A stretch of DNA of 64,000 nucleotides from Octopus sinensis (GCF_006345805.1 NC_043010.1:59210001-59274000); one strand, 5' to 3'; shown: positions 36,871 through 52,856, numbered from the stretch's first letter. Notes: a model not told the origin generated them from the letters alone. Translations and numbers: made by a program.

Positions 36871-38479
36871 TTGTCCTATGCCTATAAAGAGATATTAGGT
36901 ATTATGGGAGAATTTCTTTTTTATTTTATGTATTATTACTGGAAAAGATGTAAAGACAATTTTTTAAAACCTGTAACTTTTCATAGAGACATGAAAGATA
37001 ATCGGAAGGCAGGGAGATATGGCAGTGGAAGTATGCTTCTTTGTGGACCAGTTTCCACAGAAGTCTAATAAATGATATGTACATAAGAACAGGTAACTCA
37101 TATTAACAAAGATGCCAACTAGGGAGACTTTTGGGGGGACTGGTTGCAGGTCCCTACTTTTATGTGTGATTCAGAAACTCAAGCATTTGAAAAGATTATA
37201 ATGGGAGTCAGATTGGAGCCTGAGGCAGCTCCTCACTTCACCAGTTTTCAGTCAAACCATCCAACTCATGGAAAATGGATGCTAAATGATGATGCTGATG
37301 ATGAATGTTGCCAATGCATCTGTAAAAGTAATACGTTAGGGGTGGGGGGTAAACAAAAAGCAAGAGTAGGAAACAATAGAGAACCTTCAACTTTGGAAAT
37401 AGCTTTGTGATGTCAAAAACACTGGTGTAACAGACAGTGTAAGAAGTTTGTGATGAGGATGAAAGATGGGAATCAAGAGAACAATAGGTTTGGATTCTAT
37501 AAGAGGGAACATAAAAAGCACCATTCGAATGTGGTCATTGCCAGTGCCACCTGACTGGCTTCTGTGCCGGTGGCACGTAAAAAGCATCATTCAAGCATGG
37601 TCGATGCCAGTAGTGCTTGACTGGCCCTTGTACCTGTGTCACGTAAAAAGCACCCACTACACTGGCAGAATGGTTGGCATTAGGAAGGGCATCCGGCTGT
37701 AGAAACCTTGCCAGATCAGATTGGAGCCTGGTACAGCCTCTGAGCTTGCCAGTCCTCAATCAAACCGTCCAACCCATGCCAGCATGGAAAATGGACATTA
37801 AATGATGATGATGATGCTATTTCTGAAATAGATAGAAATATCACTACATGTCGGCATTGAACAGGAAACCTAATGTGACAAGAACCAATGGAGAGAGATG
37901 AGGTGACAGAAGATATGATAATAGGATACGTGTTAGATATTCAAGACTGGTTACTGAGTTACTGAAAGTATAAAACTGGAACAGTGTCACCGAATTAATC
38001 AGACTGTATAAAGAACCACTCTTTTTTGATGATTGCTGTGACTTCATCATCACCAAAATCAAATTGCAAATCTTTTCTCAGGGATAAATAACAAAAGTCT
38101 CATGTTGATTTACTAAATCTCATTGAATTTCTGAGACATTATTCTAACATAATTAATGTTAACAAGAAAATAATAATCCCTGTGTAATTATAGTAATGTT
38201 GTCCTTGTTGTTTTATATATTTAATTGGATGATGTAGATTGAAATGTTTTATTCTTTGACTATATTCAATTAAAGCAATATTATCTGTGTTTGTGTAATA
38301 TTTGTTAAATGAATTGATCAATAACTATTGTCTAAAAATGTATTGTTATAATGTTAATTTCATTTCGTTGTAAGTAAGACTGAATGTTGCATCTGTATAG
38401 TAAATGGTATGCAAAATAGGTCAAGATGTTTGGTATAGGATATGAAGAAGTAGGCTACAGTATGTTTAAATGTTGTTAG

Positions 38480-40210
38480 GGAGGAATTTCATATGGTGTG
38501 CCAAATGCAAGCTATGGACAAAGAAAAGATGCAGTAGAATACAAGAAGGTTAACAAAGAAAGTAGTGTTCCGATGCGGAAAGTGTACAGGGGTAATAAAC
38601 ACTGAGGGACACACGGGAAATATATTTTCTCAGCTGCCCTAGAGACTACCTCAAGGTAGTAGATAGAGTTTGTTACCTTGGTAACCTAAGTAGCAGTAGA
38701 AGAGGATATTCTGAAAATATAGTTACTAGAATAAGAGTAGGATGGAGGAACTTGAGAGAGCTCCTGCCTTTGTTGCCAATGAAAGCTCATTCTTTCAGAG
38801 TGAAAGGCAGATTGTATTATGATTGTGTACGAATAGAAATGCTACATGGGAGTGAGATGTGGACCCTGAATGCAAAAGATATATTATAAAGATTATAGAG
38901 GAGGGAAGCTAGTGAGCTCTGTTGTATTTTTGATGTCAGTGTGCATGTGTGACAATATGTTTAGGTATTGAGAGACAAATGGACATAAAAGCAATCCAAT
39001 GTAGAGCGTAAGAAAGAAGATGGCACTGGCTTTTGGTCATGTGAAACATATAGATGTGGACAGCTGCATAAAGGAATGCTGATTACTCCAAAGTGGTTGG
39101 AACTTGTGGAAGAGAGAGGCTTGGAAAGACATGAGAAGAAATATTGAAGGCTGATCTCAAGATGCTAAGACTCAGGAGTAGATGACAAAGGGACCAAGAT
39201 GATTGATGATTCATTGTGCTCGAAAAGACCTGTCAATTACGAGAAGATGATGTCCTTAAAGCATTCTGTTCATGCTTGTAACCCATGATGCCCTATCAAG
39301 CAGCCCTCACATCATATTCCCCTCACACCCAGCCATCATATCACTCCTCTATTTATGGCACTCTTCTGTGACTGTAATCACTTGAGAACAGAAGTGATAC
39401 ATATCACTCAGCCCCATTTTTATGCACCACCAGTTATCTCTCTCCCACTTGAACCACCTCCATTCTTTATTCTCATTATCATTCCTTCTCACAGTATTTT
39501 CACTCATCACCTTTTTTGTACCATCAGTCATCTCCTCTGACATACTCCATCTTGACACCTCACATATCTGCTATCATTCTCAATGCTCTCTCATATCCAC
39601 CATCATACCCCACTCACTATAGTCCTCCACCATTATGTCCTTCTCTACCTCCCTCCTCAATGCTCATACAACTTGCACAGCATTTCCTTACCTCCTCTTC
39701 TATCATCTGTCCTGAACAGCTTCTCTTCCACACCTCACCCACTTTACATACAGGTATTTCCCTTCAACCACACCTAAATCTTGTACCTTGAGTTCATTCT
39801 GACACACAGTCACTATCATCTTTATCTTCTTCCCAACTTCTCCCGCCCACCCTTATATAATGCAGGGTACCTATGTATCTCCTCATTAGCAAGACATCTG
39901 TGCTTGTCCCTCATTCATCCTTTAGCTTAACAACTAGCATAAAGCCACCCATCGTCTCAAAAACTCCCCGTCCCACAATTAGACACAGAAACTTTTTCCC
40001 CTTTTCCTTATCTGCCGTTCAAATTACTTGTGACTTCACTGGTGAGAGGGGCTCGAAAATAGCACCCAGTACAGGCTGCAAAGTGGTTGGCATCATGAAG
40101 AGCATCCATCGGTAGAAGCCATATCAAGAGCTAACATTGGAGCTTGATGCAAATTTGTGGTTCAGGAAGTCCTGTCAAAAAATAAATGTTAAATGATGAT
40201 GATGATGATG
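38480..40210 (+). mobile_element. Decayed RTE-like LINE 3' part, paralogous insertion to 18620-20530
   Basis: Same 5' flank (atgtttaaatgttgttag) and same 3' flank (gattgttag/gactgttag after the (GAT)n tail); central ~750 nt highly similar. Confidence 0.8.
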
Positions 40211-41203
40211 TGTGTAGATTGTTAGTAACAATGAATCAATTCTTTAAGAATTCAGGAAGAGGGTATGAGATGTTTTGAGCCGCCTGCCTCTTTGGCATCA
40301 TTAATTTGATGCTCACTTATATGGCATCAGACACTTTGTCTCCAGACCCTTCTGACACTGAAAATTTTGTTTTCTATTCTTGTCGACAACTAATTCATAA
40401 TCATAATTACCAACCTTTATTAAACTTTCTGCTTCATTTTGTGTATATGATAGCAATTGAAATATTGACGAAACATGGAAAGGAAAGAATTTTCTCTCAG
40501 TGGATTTTCTATGTCTTTGACTAAGTAGAATTAACTCAGAATTTCAATTTTAGCCCTTTTAGCAGAAAAACTGGGGAGAGAGGACAGTGGGGGAGAGAAG
40601 AATGAAAATGTATTAAATTACCCCAATTACACAAACACATCTCTTTCCCTCCCCCTCATCTCTCTCTCTCTCTATTTATGTGTGTGAGTATATTTCTCTT
40701 TAGGTGTGTACGGGGAGAGGGAAAGTGTTTATATCAGTCTGTTTCAAGTAATAAGTTATGATCTGTCTCTCTCTGTCTATCTATCTGTCTGTCTGTGTAA
40801 CATGCACATGTATGTGTGTGTGTGGGCGTGAGAGTGTGTACCTCCAGTGTCAAAAATTACAGTCATGTCTTGGGTTCCATGTCCAGTCATCTATGCCAAA
40901 TCGTCATCATTCAAAAGCTCAATCCAGTTGACATACTCAATAAAGATAAGGTGCTTTTGGAACCATTTTTATTTCCATACTTTGGTTCTTCTTGCACAAT
41001 AAAGATGGATTAAAGATATTTGTAATTTGGATGAATGGTCTTAAGGAAAGAAGGTCAACGTGTAGCAAATATTTTGCAATATCAATGTACATTACAGTAT
41101 TTTAAATGATTTTATGTCTTATAATAATTCATGAAAATATATTTCATTTTCAGGTTCAATCCTCTACATACATGTGCATCATTAACAAACATATAGCTTC
41201 AAA

Positions 41204-44200
41204 ATGTTACTACCGTTGTCTACTTTATTGTCACTGGTCCACTGTGTGCTGACCATAGACCTCACCTACCACGTGGAAGAAGAGAGAAGTCCAGGAACCT
41301 ATGTAGCAGACATTGCTGCCGATTCTAAACTTTTAGACAATGTTAAACCATCTGACCAACATTTGATAACATTCAGTCAATTCAAACGAAAGGTGGCACA
41401 GTTATTTAATATCACCAAAACAGGTAAACTGTACACTGCTCAGACACTGGATGCAGAAGATCTCTGCACATTCAACAAAGAATGTTCCAGAACTGTGAAA
41501 GTTATTATAAAGAAAATGGAATCATTCACAAAAATATTAAAAGTCAAAATAATAATAGAAGATATTAATGACCATGAACCGGAGTTTCTCATAAAGAATG
41601 TTAATATACAGTTTGGTGAAAATGATCGTAAAGGTTCTAAAGTATCAATACCAAATGCCATAGACAAAGATGTTGGATTTCAAAATTCCTTAATACAATA
41701 TAAATTAAAATCAAAGAATGGAGAACCATTCTCTCTGTCAGTGTCTAAAAGAGCTGATGGTATTTCTTCACTTAACATAGTTTTAAAAGAATCATTGGAC
41801 AGAGAAATCAAAGATACATATTTATTACAGGTGATAGCTAAAGATGGAGGGTCACCAGCAAAACAAGGTATTTTGAATATAAATATTTCTGTAATAGATG
41901 TTAATGACAACCCACCAGAGTTTTCTAAACCTCTGTACAATATGTCTATACAAAGTGCACATCACAAGTCTAAACCCATCATTGTTTTATCTGTAACGGA
42001 TGCTGATTCAGGTGAAAATGGTAAAATTACTTTCCATTTCAGCCGAAAGACATCAGATTTAGCAAAAAGCTATTTTCAGTTAAATGAAACCAGTGGAAGC
42101 ATTTTCTTGAGTAAATACTCCAAGTTGGAAAAAAAGAAAACCTATGAATTGTTTATAGAGGCCAGAGATGGGGGTAGTCCTCCAATCAGTTCCATAGCAA
42201 CTGTTTTGGTAAATGTCATCAACCAACACAATAATCCTCCCTCTATGGATATAGATTATGTTTCTGCAGTCAATTATAACACAGGTACCATCTCTGAAAA
42301 CATCAAAGTCGGTAGTTTCATTGCTTATGTGATGGTCACTGACAATGATGTGGGACAAAATGGAGAGGTCAGCTGTGATATCAAACATGATACATTCAAA
42401 CTACAGTCAATGGGATCTAAAGAATATAAAATCATTCTAAACAAACCAGTGGACAGAGAAACACAAGGACACTATAACATTCCTGTCTCCTGTCAAGATA
42501 AAGGATTACCTCCTCTCAAAAGTGTTAAAAGCCTCTCTATCCAAGTGACTGACATCAACGATGTACAACCACAGTTTACCAAAGATACATTCCAATTCCT
42601 CACCTACGAAAACAAAGATAAAGACTTCCCTATTGGTTTTGTCAATGCCACTGACCCTGATCTTGGATCTGCTGGACAACTCACATATTCTCTGCTGCGT
42701 AAAGAAAAATCCAATCTCCCATTTCTCATCACCAGTTATGGCTTCATTTCAGCGACCATGTCATTGGACAGAGAGAAACAAGATGTGTATAAGTTTGAGG
42801 TTTTTGTCAAAGATAATGGAAGCCCATCTCTGAATGACACAGCGAATGTTGTTGTTGAGATTCTAGATCAAAATGACAATGCTCCGTATTTTACGTATCC
42901 TAGTAGTGACCCTTACACGCTAAATGTGCAGTACCATCCGCAGAGTAAGAGTGACATCACAGTTTTGAGAGCGTCTGATGGGGACAGTGGAAACAATGCT
43001 TTCCTCAGATATGCAATCAAACAAGGAAATGATAAACAGTTGTTTAGTATGAACTCACACAGTGGTGCTTTATCCTTCTCCAGACAAGTTTATCTAAATG
43101 ATGCTGGAAGTTATGGGCTGGTGTTTGTTGTGAAGGACAGTGGTAGTCCAGTTCAGTCGTCAACAACTAGTGTGACTTTGGTATTGGCTGTTAGTAACGA
43201 GACATCACCAATGTCGAAGAGTGGACCTTTACAATCTTCAGGTCGGGTCCATATGACATGGGTTATTATCATTGTATCATCAGCAGTAATAATATCAGTG
43301 GCTATTGTTGTTTCTATAACACTGTGTATTATGAAATGTATTAAACACAGAGATAACACAGCTGCTGCCACAAAGAATACAGCCTACCAAGGTAGAGCAG
43401 AGATGAAACAATTGTTGTACCAGACTAACACTTCTGTTGCTATGTCGAGGAATGCAGAAGAGATGGTGAAGCGGAATATCTATTCTGAGAGATCCAAGAG
43501 TGAATGTTATGCAGAAGGTCAGCTACAGAACAAATATGAATCTTCAGTTCAGTCGAGAACTTTACCAAAACCTACCCCAGTAAGTGGAAACATTAATATT
43601 TTCTCTCTGTAAAAGTGAACAATGAAATCTCTTTGAATATGTTTTAACTTCAATAATACATTCCAATATTAAATTGTTCTCTATCCATGTTGATTGTAAC
43701 TTCCATTGTTTGGTGTCTTCTCACATTTCTTTATCGTTTGTTTGTCAACAGAAATACTGTCAACCTGTTGTGGTGACATCAAGTGATGATGCTGTGGAAG
43801 ATAATGCTACTATGGTTTGTAACTATACATCAGATACAATGTCATCCAAGAGAAGTGGTAGACAAGGAGACTTGAAACATTATGAAGAAATACCAGGAGT
43901 ATCAGGTTAGTAACTACGTTGACAATATTTCTCTTTGACATCATTTCATAAGCAGATATTTATTCAACATTTGCTTACGGTAAATATCATTGTCATTGGT
44001 AATCCCTTACATTGTCCATTAGTTGTAACTTCTATTGACCATCCTTTATATATGTAGGGCAATGCAGAATCCAGCCCCCAGTCATAAAACAGGTGTTTAT
44101 TGCTGAGAGGAAAATGAGGCATTGTGCTCCTCACTTTGTACTGCTTTGTATCCTCACATTTATCGCTGAGCTGTTCAGTTTGTGATTGCCTTAATATTGG

Positions 44201-45098
44201 GGCTCCATCATAGATGATCCATCCACACTTCTGTTGAGTATTTGCTCACATTTCCTACTAGAACCTAGTGATGGCACATTTTTATTGAGATTTACTTTAT
44301 GTACATCTTTGGACAACTTTCTCCTCCTTACGTAACTTCACTGAACAATCGTTTCTGTAGGTGGGCTTAAATGCACACATGATTCCAAAACTTGTGCATT
44401 TTCAGCTGAAGAACTAAAGATATGTCCCATGCTCATAAGAAGATAGGCTAAATTTCAACCTAAGTGAAACCAAAGTTTTTACATCAACAAGCGTAAACAT
44501 GGCCCAGTTATTCAGATCTATGGATAAATGGTGGAAGATGCAAAACACTTTCGGTAGTTAGGTAGTCACCTACCACAAAACAAGTATTGATAATAAATTG
44601 AGTCAGTGCAGCTTTTGGTTGTCTCAGAAGATGGGTACATGAAAACCATGAGCTGGGACAAATAACTGAACTTATGACACAGTTACTGTGCTGACTCTTG
44701 TATGGCTTTAGAATCTGGACAAGTTATTGTCCATATCTTCATAAAGTGAAAGTATATCACCAGTCTTAGGAACATCTGGCTTGGCAGAACAGATGAGGAA
44801 TATCAGAAAGTTCAAGTAAGCTAATATTGTGTTCTCTGATACCAGGATTAATAAATATAATAATGTTACCAATACTTAATAATCAGTTTACATTTATATT
44901 CAGTTTGTTAAAAATATAAGTACTCAGAATTCAGTTTTTATTATATTCTTTTTTCCATGTGCTTCTTACAGACCAAACATTTAAAGTATTTTGTAAAATT
45001 GACTTTGTATTGAAATTTCAGATCAAAGTATATATAAAAACAATGATACATCTAAATCAAAAGATTCCAGTGAAGAGACACCAGTGAAACATGTCTAA
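41204..45098 (+). CDS. PCDH: Protocadherin gene 5, join(41204..43579,43752..43905,45022..45098), ~868 aa
   Basis: 802 aa ORF; acceptor tttcag|41154; last intron expanded to ~1.1 kb by a LINE-like remnant; last exon DQSIYKNNDTSKSKDSSEETPVKHV*. Confidence 0.92.
44100..44820 (+). mobile_element. Old LINE (RTE-like) remnant in the last intron of gene 5
   Basis: Degenerate translation ...ETKV...VEDAKHFR.LGS...SAAFGCLRR...ESWT resembles the FxYLGS / AFGxL / LLYGxExWT motifs; present only in this paralog. Confidence 0.55.
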
Positions 45099-46999
45099 AT
45101 TAATCAGCTGTTGAAGCAACGACGACCTTTTGCTATGTGAATAGATGAACAGTCATATTAGTACACACACACACACACAGACTTAACACACTCATTACTT
45201 ATTAATCTGTGCTATATAGTAAAGACAGGCTGTTGATAAATTAGCAATAATTCGGATAAATAAACACAAAGTTCTGCAAACCATTAGCTTCCCTTCGAAT
45301 CAATGTAAGCTTCTGTATTGTAATTATATTTATTTTACATGAATTACTAGAAATATATATCTACACTTCTTGAAACCATGCCTTATTTTAAACACAAATA
45401 TATTGTTTATAACAATAGTTTATCATCATCATCATCATCACTATCAGTTCTCAATGAAATAGTACCAGTCATGTTCTGGGTTTCATTCAGTCAGCTGTTT
45501 CATCAAATTTATGCTTTTGTCAATATGCTAGACATTGTTATTATTATTAATATTTTTGTTATTAAGGCAATGTGCTGACAGAATCCTTAGAGAACTGGAA
45601 AAAAACTGCCTCTGCAATATTTGTTCTTACTCTTAATCCCGCTGGGATTAACTTTGCCTTTCATTCTTTTGTGTTGATAGAATAAAGTAGCAGTCCAGTC
45701 CTGGAGTTGATGATACTGACTAACTCCTTCCCTTCTGCCTAAATTAGAAACCAGTATTTTTATTACTATTATTTGAGAGTTTGCTCTGAAACAGCGTACC
45801 ATCAGCTTTCCTTCTCAACCACTCTTACCCCTTCCAGTATATTGTTGGGCAGCCACTTATCCCTTCTGTACCAAGACACCTATGTTTGTCCCTTTAGTTT
45901 TGGCATAAAGCCACCACCCCCACCTTTGGCATAAAGCCACCACTTTTGAATACTCTTCCTCACTTGGTAGCAAGAGCTTTTCCTTTTTCTTTTTCTGTTC
46001 TTTTTTATCTACTTTGTGAGTCATTTAGCAACCTGACTCATGCCAGTGGCACAAAAAAAGGCACCCTGTACACATGGTAAATTGGTTGATCTTAGGAAGG
46101 GGCATCTAGTCACAGAAACCCTGCCAAAGCTGATGCTGAAGCTCAGCATAGCCCTACAGCTTGCTGGATCATGTCAAACTATCCACTCATGCCAGCACGG
46201 AAAACAGACATATAATGAGGATGATGATAATGAGGATGATGATGAAAGGATTGGCAAAATGCTTCTGAGTAGTGTTTATATGTATTTAGTTACATCCCCT
46301 TACAATCTGAGTTCAAATCCTGACTACATCAACTTTAGATTCCTTCCTTCTGATGTTTATGTACCATTCTAATATTGGGATTGATGTAATTGACTATACT
46401 CTATACCAAAATTCTGAAGTTTTGTGCTGAATTTAGAAATCCTTATTAAGGTAGAGGATTTGCAGAATCTACTGGTTGCTAGGACATAAAACCCTGCAGT
46501 TTTTAGATGCAACCCTTTACATTCTGAAATCAGTCTAATCAAAACCGTTTTTGCTTTCATTCTCAATGTAAGTACCAGTTAGGGACCTGGCTTCAAAATA
46601 ATCTTTCTCATTTTTACTACCTCAGAATCTGTGATTTAATATACAAATCATTAGTATGTGGCTGTTTCTTGAAATGAAATTATAATGTTTAATCGATAAT
46701 AATTCTTTATTTCATAAAAACCTAACAATGAACAATATTTCTACTAAATTACAAATCTCAATCTTATATATTCTCGTGACAAAGTAGAAGTTTTCATATT
46801 GAAACATTCATGTAAACACAAATTTAGAATTACTAACACTGAATTTCTAGGAGTAATATATTTCAGCATAAAAACTGTTTATTAATGCCAGTAATCCACA
46901 TGGAAATGGATCAACATCACACTATCTCACTTTCTTCAATGATTAAATAATTTCTAATCTGTTTTAGTTAACCAAATCAATATCAAAGAGAAGATTGCC

Positions 47000-47432
47000 A
47001 TTGGTCTTCTGCTTAAGTCATTCAGCCAATCAGATTCCCACTGAAATATAGAATAAAATCACTAACAAAGAGAAACATTCACACTACTGGTGCCATTAAA
47101 CCAAGCAGTTATGTTTAACTATAGAATATTGAAGCTATTTGAATATAGATGTGTGTGTGTGTGTGAATAACAGTAAACAAACATCATCTTTGAGGATAAA
47201 TACATGCACAGAATATTATTAGATGGACATACACTCAGAAAACATACAACTTCAGTGACACATGCAACCCTCTCCTAGCAGCAGACTCTCTGCCTGACGT
47301 GCTACACTACTCCATCACCATAACAGCCATTGTCACACCATTACAGCAGCACTTACAATGGATCTTTCTACAACAATACATCTTTCTCTTTCTCACTGAA
47401 TAACCAATGATATAATTATCAAAAAGGTAAGT
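47000..47432 (+). promoter_or_regulatory. Putative promoter + leader exon for gene 6 (copy E)
   Basis: ATTGG 47000, CCAAT 47026; block 47260..47426; donor 47427. Confidence 0.75.
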
Positions 47433-49693
47433 TTCTCTTTAATCTCTTTTATAAATCTCATTTGATGCAATAAATCTCACTGAACTTGAAACAATATTGT
47501 TCTAACATATTTGATGTTGACAAGAGAATAAAAGAATTAATATAATACACTCATATTTTATGGTAGTGTTGTTCATATTTTTTTATGCCATAATTAATTG
47601 GATGACGTTGATAAAAGTATTTCATATTTCAACTTTATTCTGTTGAAACACTAACATCCATGGCTGTAGAATATTTGATGCATGAACAGATTAATAACAG
47701 TAGGCAGCTGTCTGTATAACGTAGTGTAGCAGTGTTTTTGTTCAGAAGATGAAATTTTGTGTCTGTATTTATGGAAAGTTACAAAAAGTTGTTTGATATA
47801 GAATATGAAGAAATATACTATAGTCTTTTTAAATCTGTTTTATAATTTGTGGATTCATAGCATTGATGCAGTAACATTGTGTTACAGATTTTTAATGTGG
47901 AATAATGGTCAATAGCAAAGGAAATTAGTGAATAGAAATGGTGGCTTGTTGTAGAAAAGACAAGGACTAGTTTAGTGTAGAAAAGGCAGAATGCTGGCAA
48001 TATCTTTGTATGTTTCCTTTAAATATATTTATGTCTAAATCATAGTAATTTTTAATGTTTTTAAACTTAATTTTTTTGTATGTGTGTGATTTAATTATTT
48101 GTGTAATTTCTGTCTAAAATTTCAGTTATATATATTTTTTGTCAAATATTTCCAATGATGAAATTCTGTTACAGTATGTGAACATTTAAAACCCAATATT
48201 TTACAGAAGTTAACGATCAAGTGTATTTTCAATACAAATTTAATAGATCATATTGAAAGCAATCTGTCTTTAGGAGGATTTTCATCACTGTAAGGCATGT
48301 CTGATGAGTTGGAAATTTCTAATTTTGCTTAGTTATTACGGAAGGACTTGGTGCTTTTTTATTATTATTGTATTCTATGACCCATTGTAACGTTTCTATT
48401 TAAATTATAATGTTCTATGTATAAATATGTTTTTATATAATTTGCATAAACTGCCACTTTTTATAATCTGTAGTCATCAAAATTTACTTAATCTATAACA
48501 CATTAGCTATTTTTTCTCATACGATCTTTAATCTTCAATATTAGTCAATACATGTCATTTTCTAATCTTTATTAGTTGGCTATTTCTGAGAAACAAGGAT
48601 AAACACTTATGTTTAAGAAAACTATTGCAAGCAGACTTTTAATTACATGAAACTATATTAAATTTTATAGTTTATTTCTGAATTCATTTCTTTAGATATG
48701 GGCTTTTATTGTGATTTTATTTTCATGATTATTACTTCTATTTAGACCTGGTTTTAATTATACATTAATTACTTCTTTATCTTTTAAATATAATCACCGA
48801 TAACACGTTTAGTTTCAGAACAAAACTTCACACTCGTAATTATAGGAGTTATTTTAATGTACCAGAACATTGAGAGATGTGGTGACTCAGTTATACATAC
48901 AGCAGTTCTTTTTATATATATGCATAGGAGAAAACATAAGATTCTTTCTTTCTTACAAAGAGAAAACCTTACCCTGAGGTTCACATCCTCCAATGCAAGT
49001 TGTCATAAATGAGTGCAGCCCTTGCATGGGCTCTTTTTCCAATGAGTTCCCATGTCTAAGTCTCTTGCCTCTGTCAAGAGCCACAACTTTGCTAACACAG
49101 AAATTTTCAAAGAAGATGACCCCTGATGTGTGATGGAAAGCAGAATGATTCCAGTAGACGTGTCCCTAGAGAATACACATATCAGATTAATGAATATAGA
49201 AAGAAATATAAATTTGTCAAGTTCATTGTATATTTCATTTTAGGGGTGAACTGTGGGAAAACTTTTGACTGAGTCAGAGAGATTTCATTAGCTATATTTT
49301 TTCTTGACCAAACCTGAGGGATTTCTTTAACTATTGTTTGGTGTTTCAGTATATAAATTTAGGGAGTGTACAAGAAAAGTAATTGTGTTTCACATATCAA
49401 ATTTCAATATTAGCTAGACATTTTATTGAACAACATTCTTGTAGTTTTATGAATAAGAGATTTTTTATATTATGGGAAGGTCATGAGTATTACTAATTCT
49501 TCAATAAAGTTACCTAATACCAACTTAGTAATTCAGATATTATTATATTTTAGAGTGCTGGCCTGGTGCAGTTTTCCTTTCCAAATCTGTAAATATATTT
49601 ACTTGTCTGATAATAAGAATTTAAGAAAGTATATTTCTGTTTTAGGTTTATTCTTCAACTCTCCTGAACACCTTTATCTGGTTCCAACACAAC

Positions 49694-52600
49694 ATGTTAC
49701 TGTCGTTGTCTATTGCATTGTCGCTGGTCCACTGTGTCCTGACCATAGACCTTACCTACCACGTGGAAGAAGAGAGAAGTCCAGGAACCTATGTAGCAGA
49801 CATTGCTGCCGATTCTAAACTCTTAGACAATGTTAAACCATCTGACCAACATTTGATAACATTCAGTCAATTCAAACGAAAGGTGGCACAGTTATTTAAC
49901 ATCACCAAAACAGGTAAACTGTACACTGCTCAGACACTGGATGCAGAAGATCTCTGCACATTCAACAAAGAATGTTCCAGAACTATGAAGGTTGTTGTCA
50001 ATAAAGGAACCAGTGTTTCAAAAATATTAAAAATCAAAATTGTTATAGAAGACATCAATGACCATGAACCAAAATTTCCTAAGATTAAAATCAATATGCA
50101 GCTTGCAGAGGATATTTCAAAAGGTTCAAAAAGATCGTTACCAAATGCCATAGACAAGGATGTAGGATTTCAAAACTCATTAATACAATATAAATTAAAA
50201 TCAAAGAATGGAGAACTATTCTCTCTGTCAGTGTCTAAAAGAGCAGATGGTATTTCTTCTCTTAAAATAGTTTTAAAAGAATCATTAGACAGAGAAATCA
50301 AAGATACATATTTATTACAGGTCATAGCTAAAGATGGAGGGTCACCAGCAAAACAAGGAATTTTAAACATAAATATTTCCATAACAGATGTTAATGACAA
50401 CCCACCTGTATTTTCTAAACCTCTATACAATATGTCTATACAAAGTACACATCACAAATCTAAACCCATCATTGTTTTATCTGTGAGTGATGCTGATTCT
50501 GGTGAAAATGGTAAAGTTACTTTCCATTTCAGTCCAAAGACATCAGATGTAACAAAAAGCTATTTTCAGTTAAATGAAACCAGTGGAAGCATTTTATTAA
50601 GGGAATATTCAAAATTAGGGAAAAAGAAAACTTATGAATTGTTTATAGAGGCCAGAGATGGAGGTATTCCTCCTCTCAGTTCCATAGCAACTGTTCTTGT
50701 GAATGTCATCAACCAACACAACAATCCTCCTTCTATTGACATAGATTATGTTTCTACACAGAATCACAACACAGCTACCATCTCTGAAAACATCAAAGTC
50801 GGTAGTTTCATTGCTTATGTGATGGTCACTGACAATGATGTGGGACAAAATGGAGAGGTCAGCTGTGATATCAAACATGATACATTCAAACTACAGTCAA
50901 TGGGATCCAAGGAATATAAAATCATTCTAAACAAACCAGTGGACAGAGAAACACAAGGACACTATAACATTCCTGTCTCCTGTCAAGATAAAGGATTACC
51001 TCCTCTTAAAAGTGTTAAAAGCCTCTCTATCCAAGTGACTGACATCAACGATGTACAACCACAGTTTACCAAAGATACATTCCAATTCCTCACCTACGAA
51101 AACAAAGATAAAGACTTCCCTATTGGTTTTGTCAATGCCACTGACCCTGATCTTGGATCTGCTGGACAACTCACATATTCTCTGCTGCGTAAAGAAAAAT
51201 CCAATCTCCCATTTCTCATCACCAGTTATGGCTTCATTTCAGCGACCATGTCATTGGACAGAGAGAAACAAGATGTGTATAAGTTTGAGGTTTTTGTCAA
51301 AGACAATGGAAGCCCATCTCTGAATGACACAGCGAATGTTGTTGTTGAGATTCTAGATCAAAATGACAATGCTCCGTATTTTACATATCCTAGTAGTGAC
51401 CCTTACACGCTAAATGTGCAGTACCATCCGCAGAGTAAGAGTGACATCACAGTTTTGAGAGCCTCTGATGGGGACAGTGGAAACAATGCTTTCCTCAGAT
51501 ATGCAATCATACAAGGAAATGCTAAACAGTTGTTTAGTATGAACTCACACAGTGGTGCTTTATCCTTCTCCAGACAAGTTTATCTAAATGATGCTGGAAG
51601 TTATGAGCTGGTGTTTGTTGTGAAGGACAGTGGTAGTCCAGTTCAGTCGTCAACAACTAGTGTCACTTTGGTTTTGGCTGTTAGTAACGAGACATCACCA
51701 ATGTCAAAGAGTGGACCTTTACAATCTTCAGGCCGGGTCCATATGACATGGGTTATTATCATTGTATCATCAGCAGTAATAATATCAGTGGCTATTGTTG
51801 TTTCTATAACGCTGTGTATTATGAAATGTATTAAACACAGAGATAACACAGCTGCTGCCACAAAGAATACAGCCTACCAAGGTAGAGCAGAGATGAAACA
51901 ATTGTTGTACCAGACTAACACTTCTGTTGCTATGTCGAGGAATGCAGAAGAGATGGTGAAGCGGAATATCTATTCTGAGAGATCCAAGAGTGAATGTTAT
52001 GCAGAAGGTCAGCTACAGAACAAATATGAATCTTCAGTTCAGTCGAGAACTTTACCAAAACCTACCCCAGTAAGTGGAAACATTAATATTTTCTCTCTGT
52101 AAAAGTGAACAATGAAATCTCTTTGAATATGTTTTAACTTCAATAATACATTCCAATATTAAATTGTTCTCTTTCCATGTTGATTGTAACTTCCATTGTT
52201 TGGTGTCTTCTCACATTTCTTTATCGTTTGTTTGTCAACAGAAATACTGTCAACCTGTTGTGGTGACATCAAGTGATGATGCTGTGGAAGATAATGCTAC
52301 TATGGTTTGTAACTATACATCAGATACAATGTCATCCAAGAGAAGTGGTAGACAAGGAGACTTGAAACATTACGAAGAAATACCAGGAGTGTCAGGTTAG
52401 TAAATGTATTTGCTATATTTTGCTCCGAAATTGTCTGAAATGTAAATATTTATTGACAACTAAATTTAAAAGTCTATAATACTGTCCAATATTTGGTTAT
52501 TAGTTTATGTATATACATAAATGTATCCCCTTGTTATTTCAAGAACACTTTGTAGTTATTTGTTCGAGCAATATGTTTGTATCTTCCCTTTTATAATGTT

Positions 52601-52856
52601 TGAAAGAATTTGACAAAATGTTATCTCTCTGATTTCATATATCTGACAAAATGCCTCTTTCCAGAGATGGACCTTTTGATATATACTGTTCTGATGGCAA
52701 GGGTGGGGTTAATATCGTAGAAATTGATGTTCACTTCCATGATTTTGTAAATTTTATTTATTTATTTTCTGTTTCTCAGATCAAAATATTTATAAAAACA
52801 ATGATAATTCTACATCAAAAGATTCCAGTGAAGAAACACCAGTGAAACATGTATAA
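49694..52856 (+). CDS. PCDH: Protocadherin gene 6, join(49694..52069,52242..52395,52780..52856), ~868 aa
   Basis: 802 aa ORF; acceptor ttttag|49646; last exon DQNIYKNNDNSTSKDSSEETPVKHV*. Confidence 0.93.

Noticed and set aside
48990-49260. Possible DNA transposon remnant (also 54780-55300)
   Set aside because: Composition differs from flanks but no convincing TIR pair, TSD or transposase motif was found by eye.
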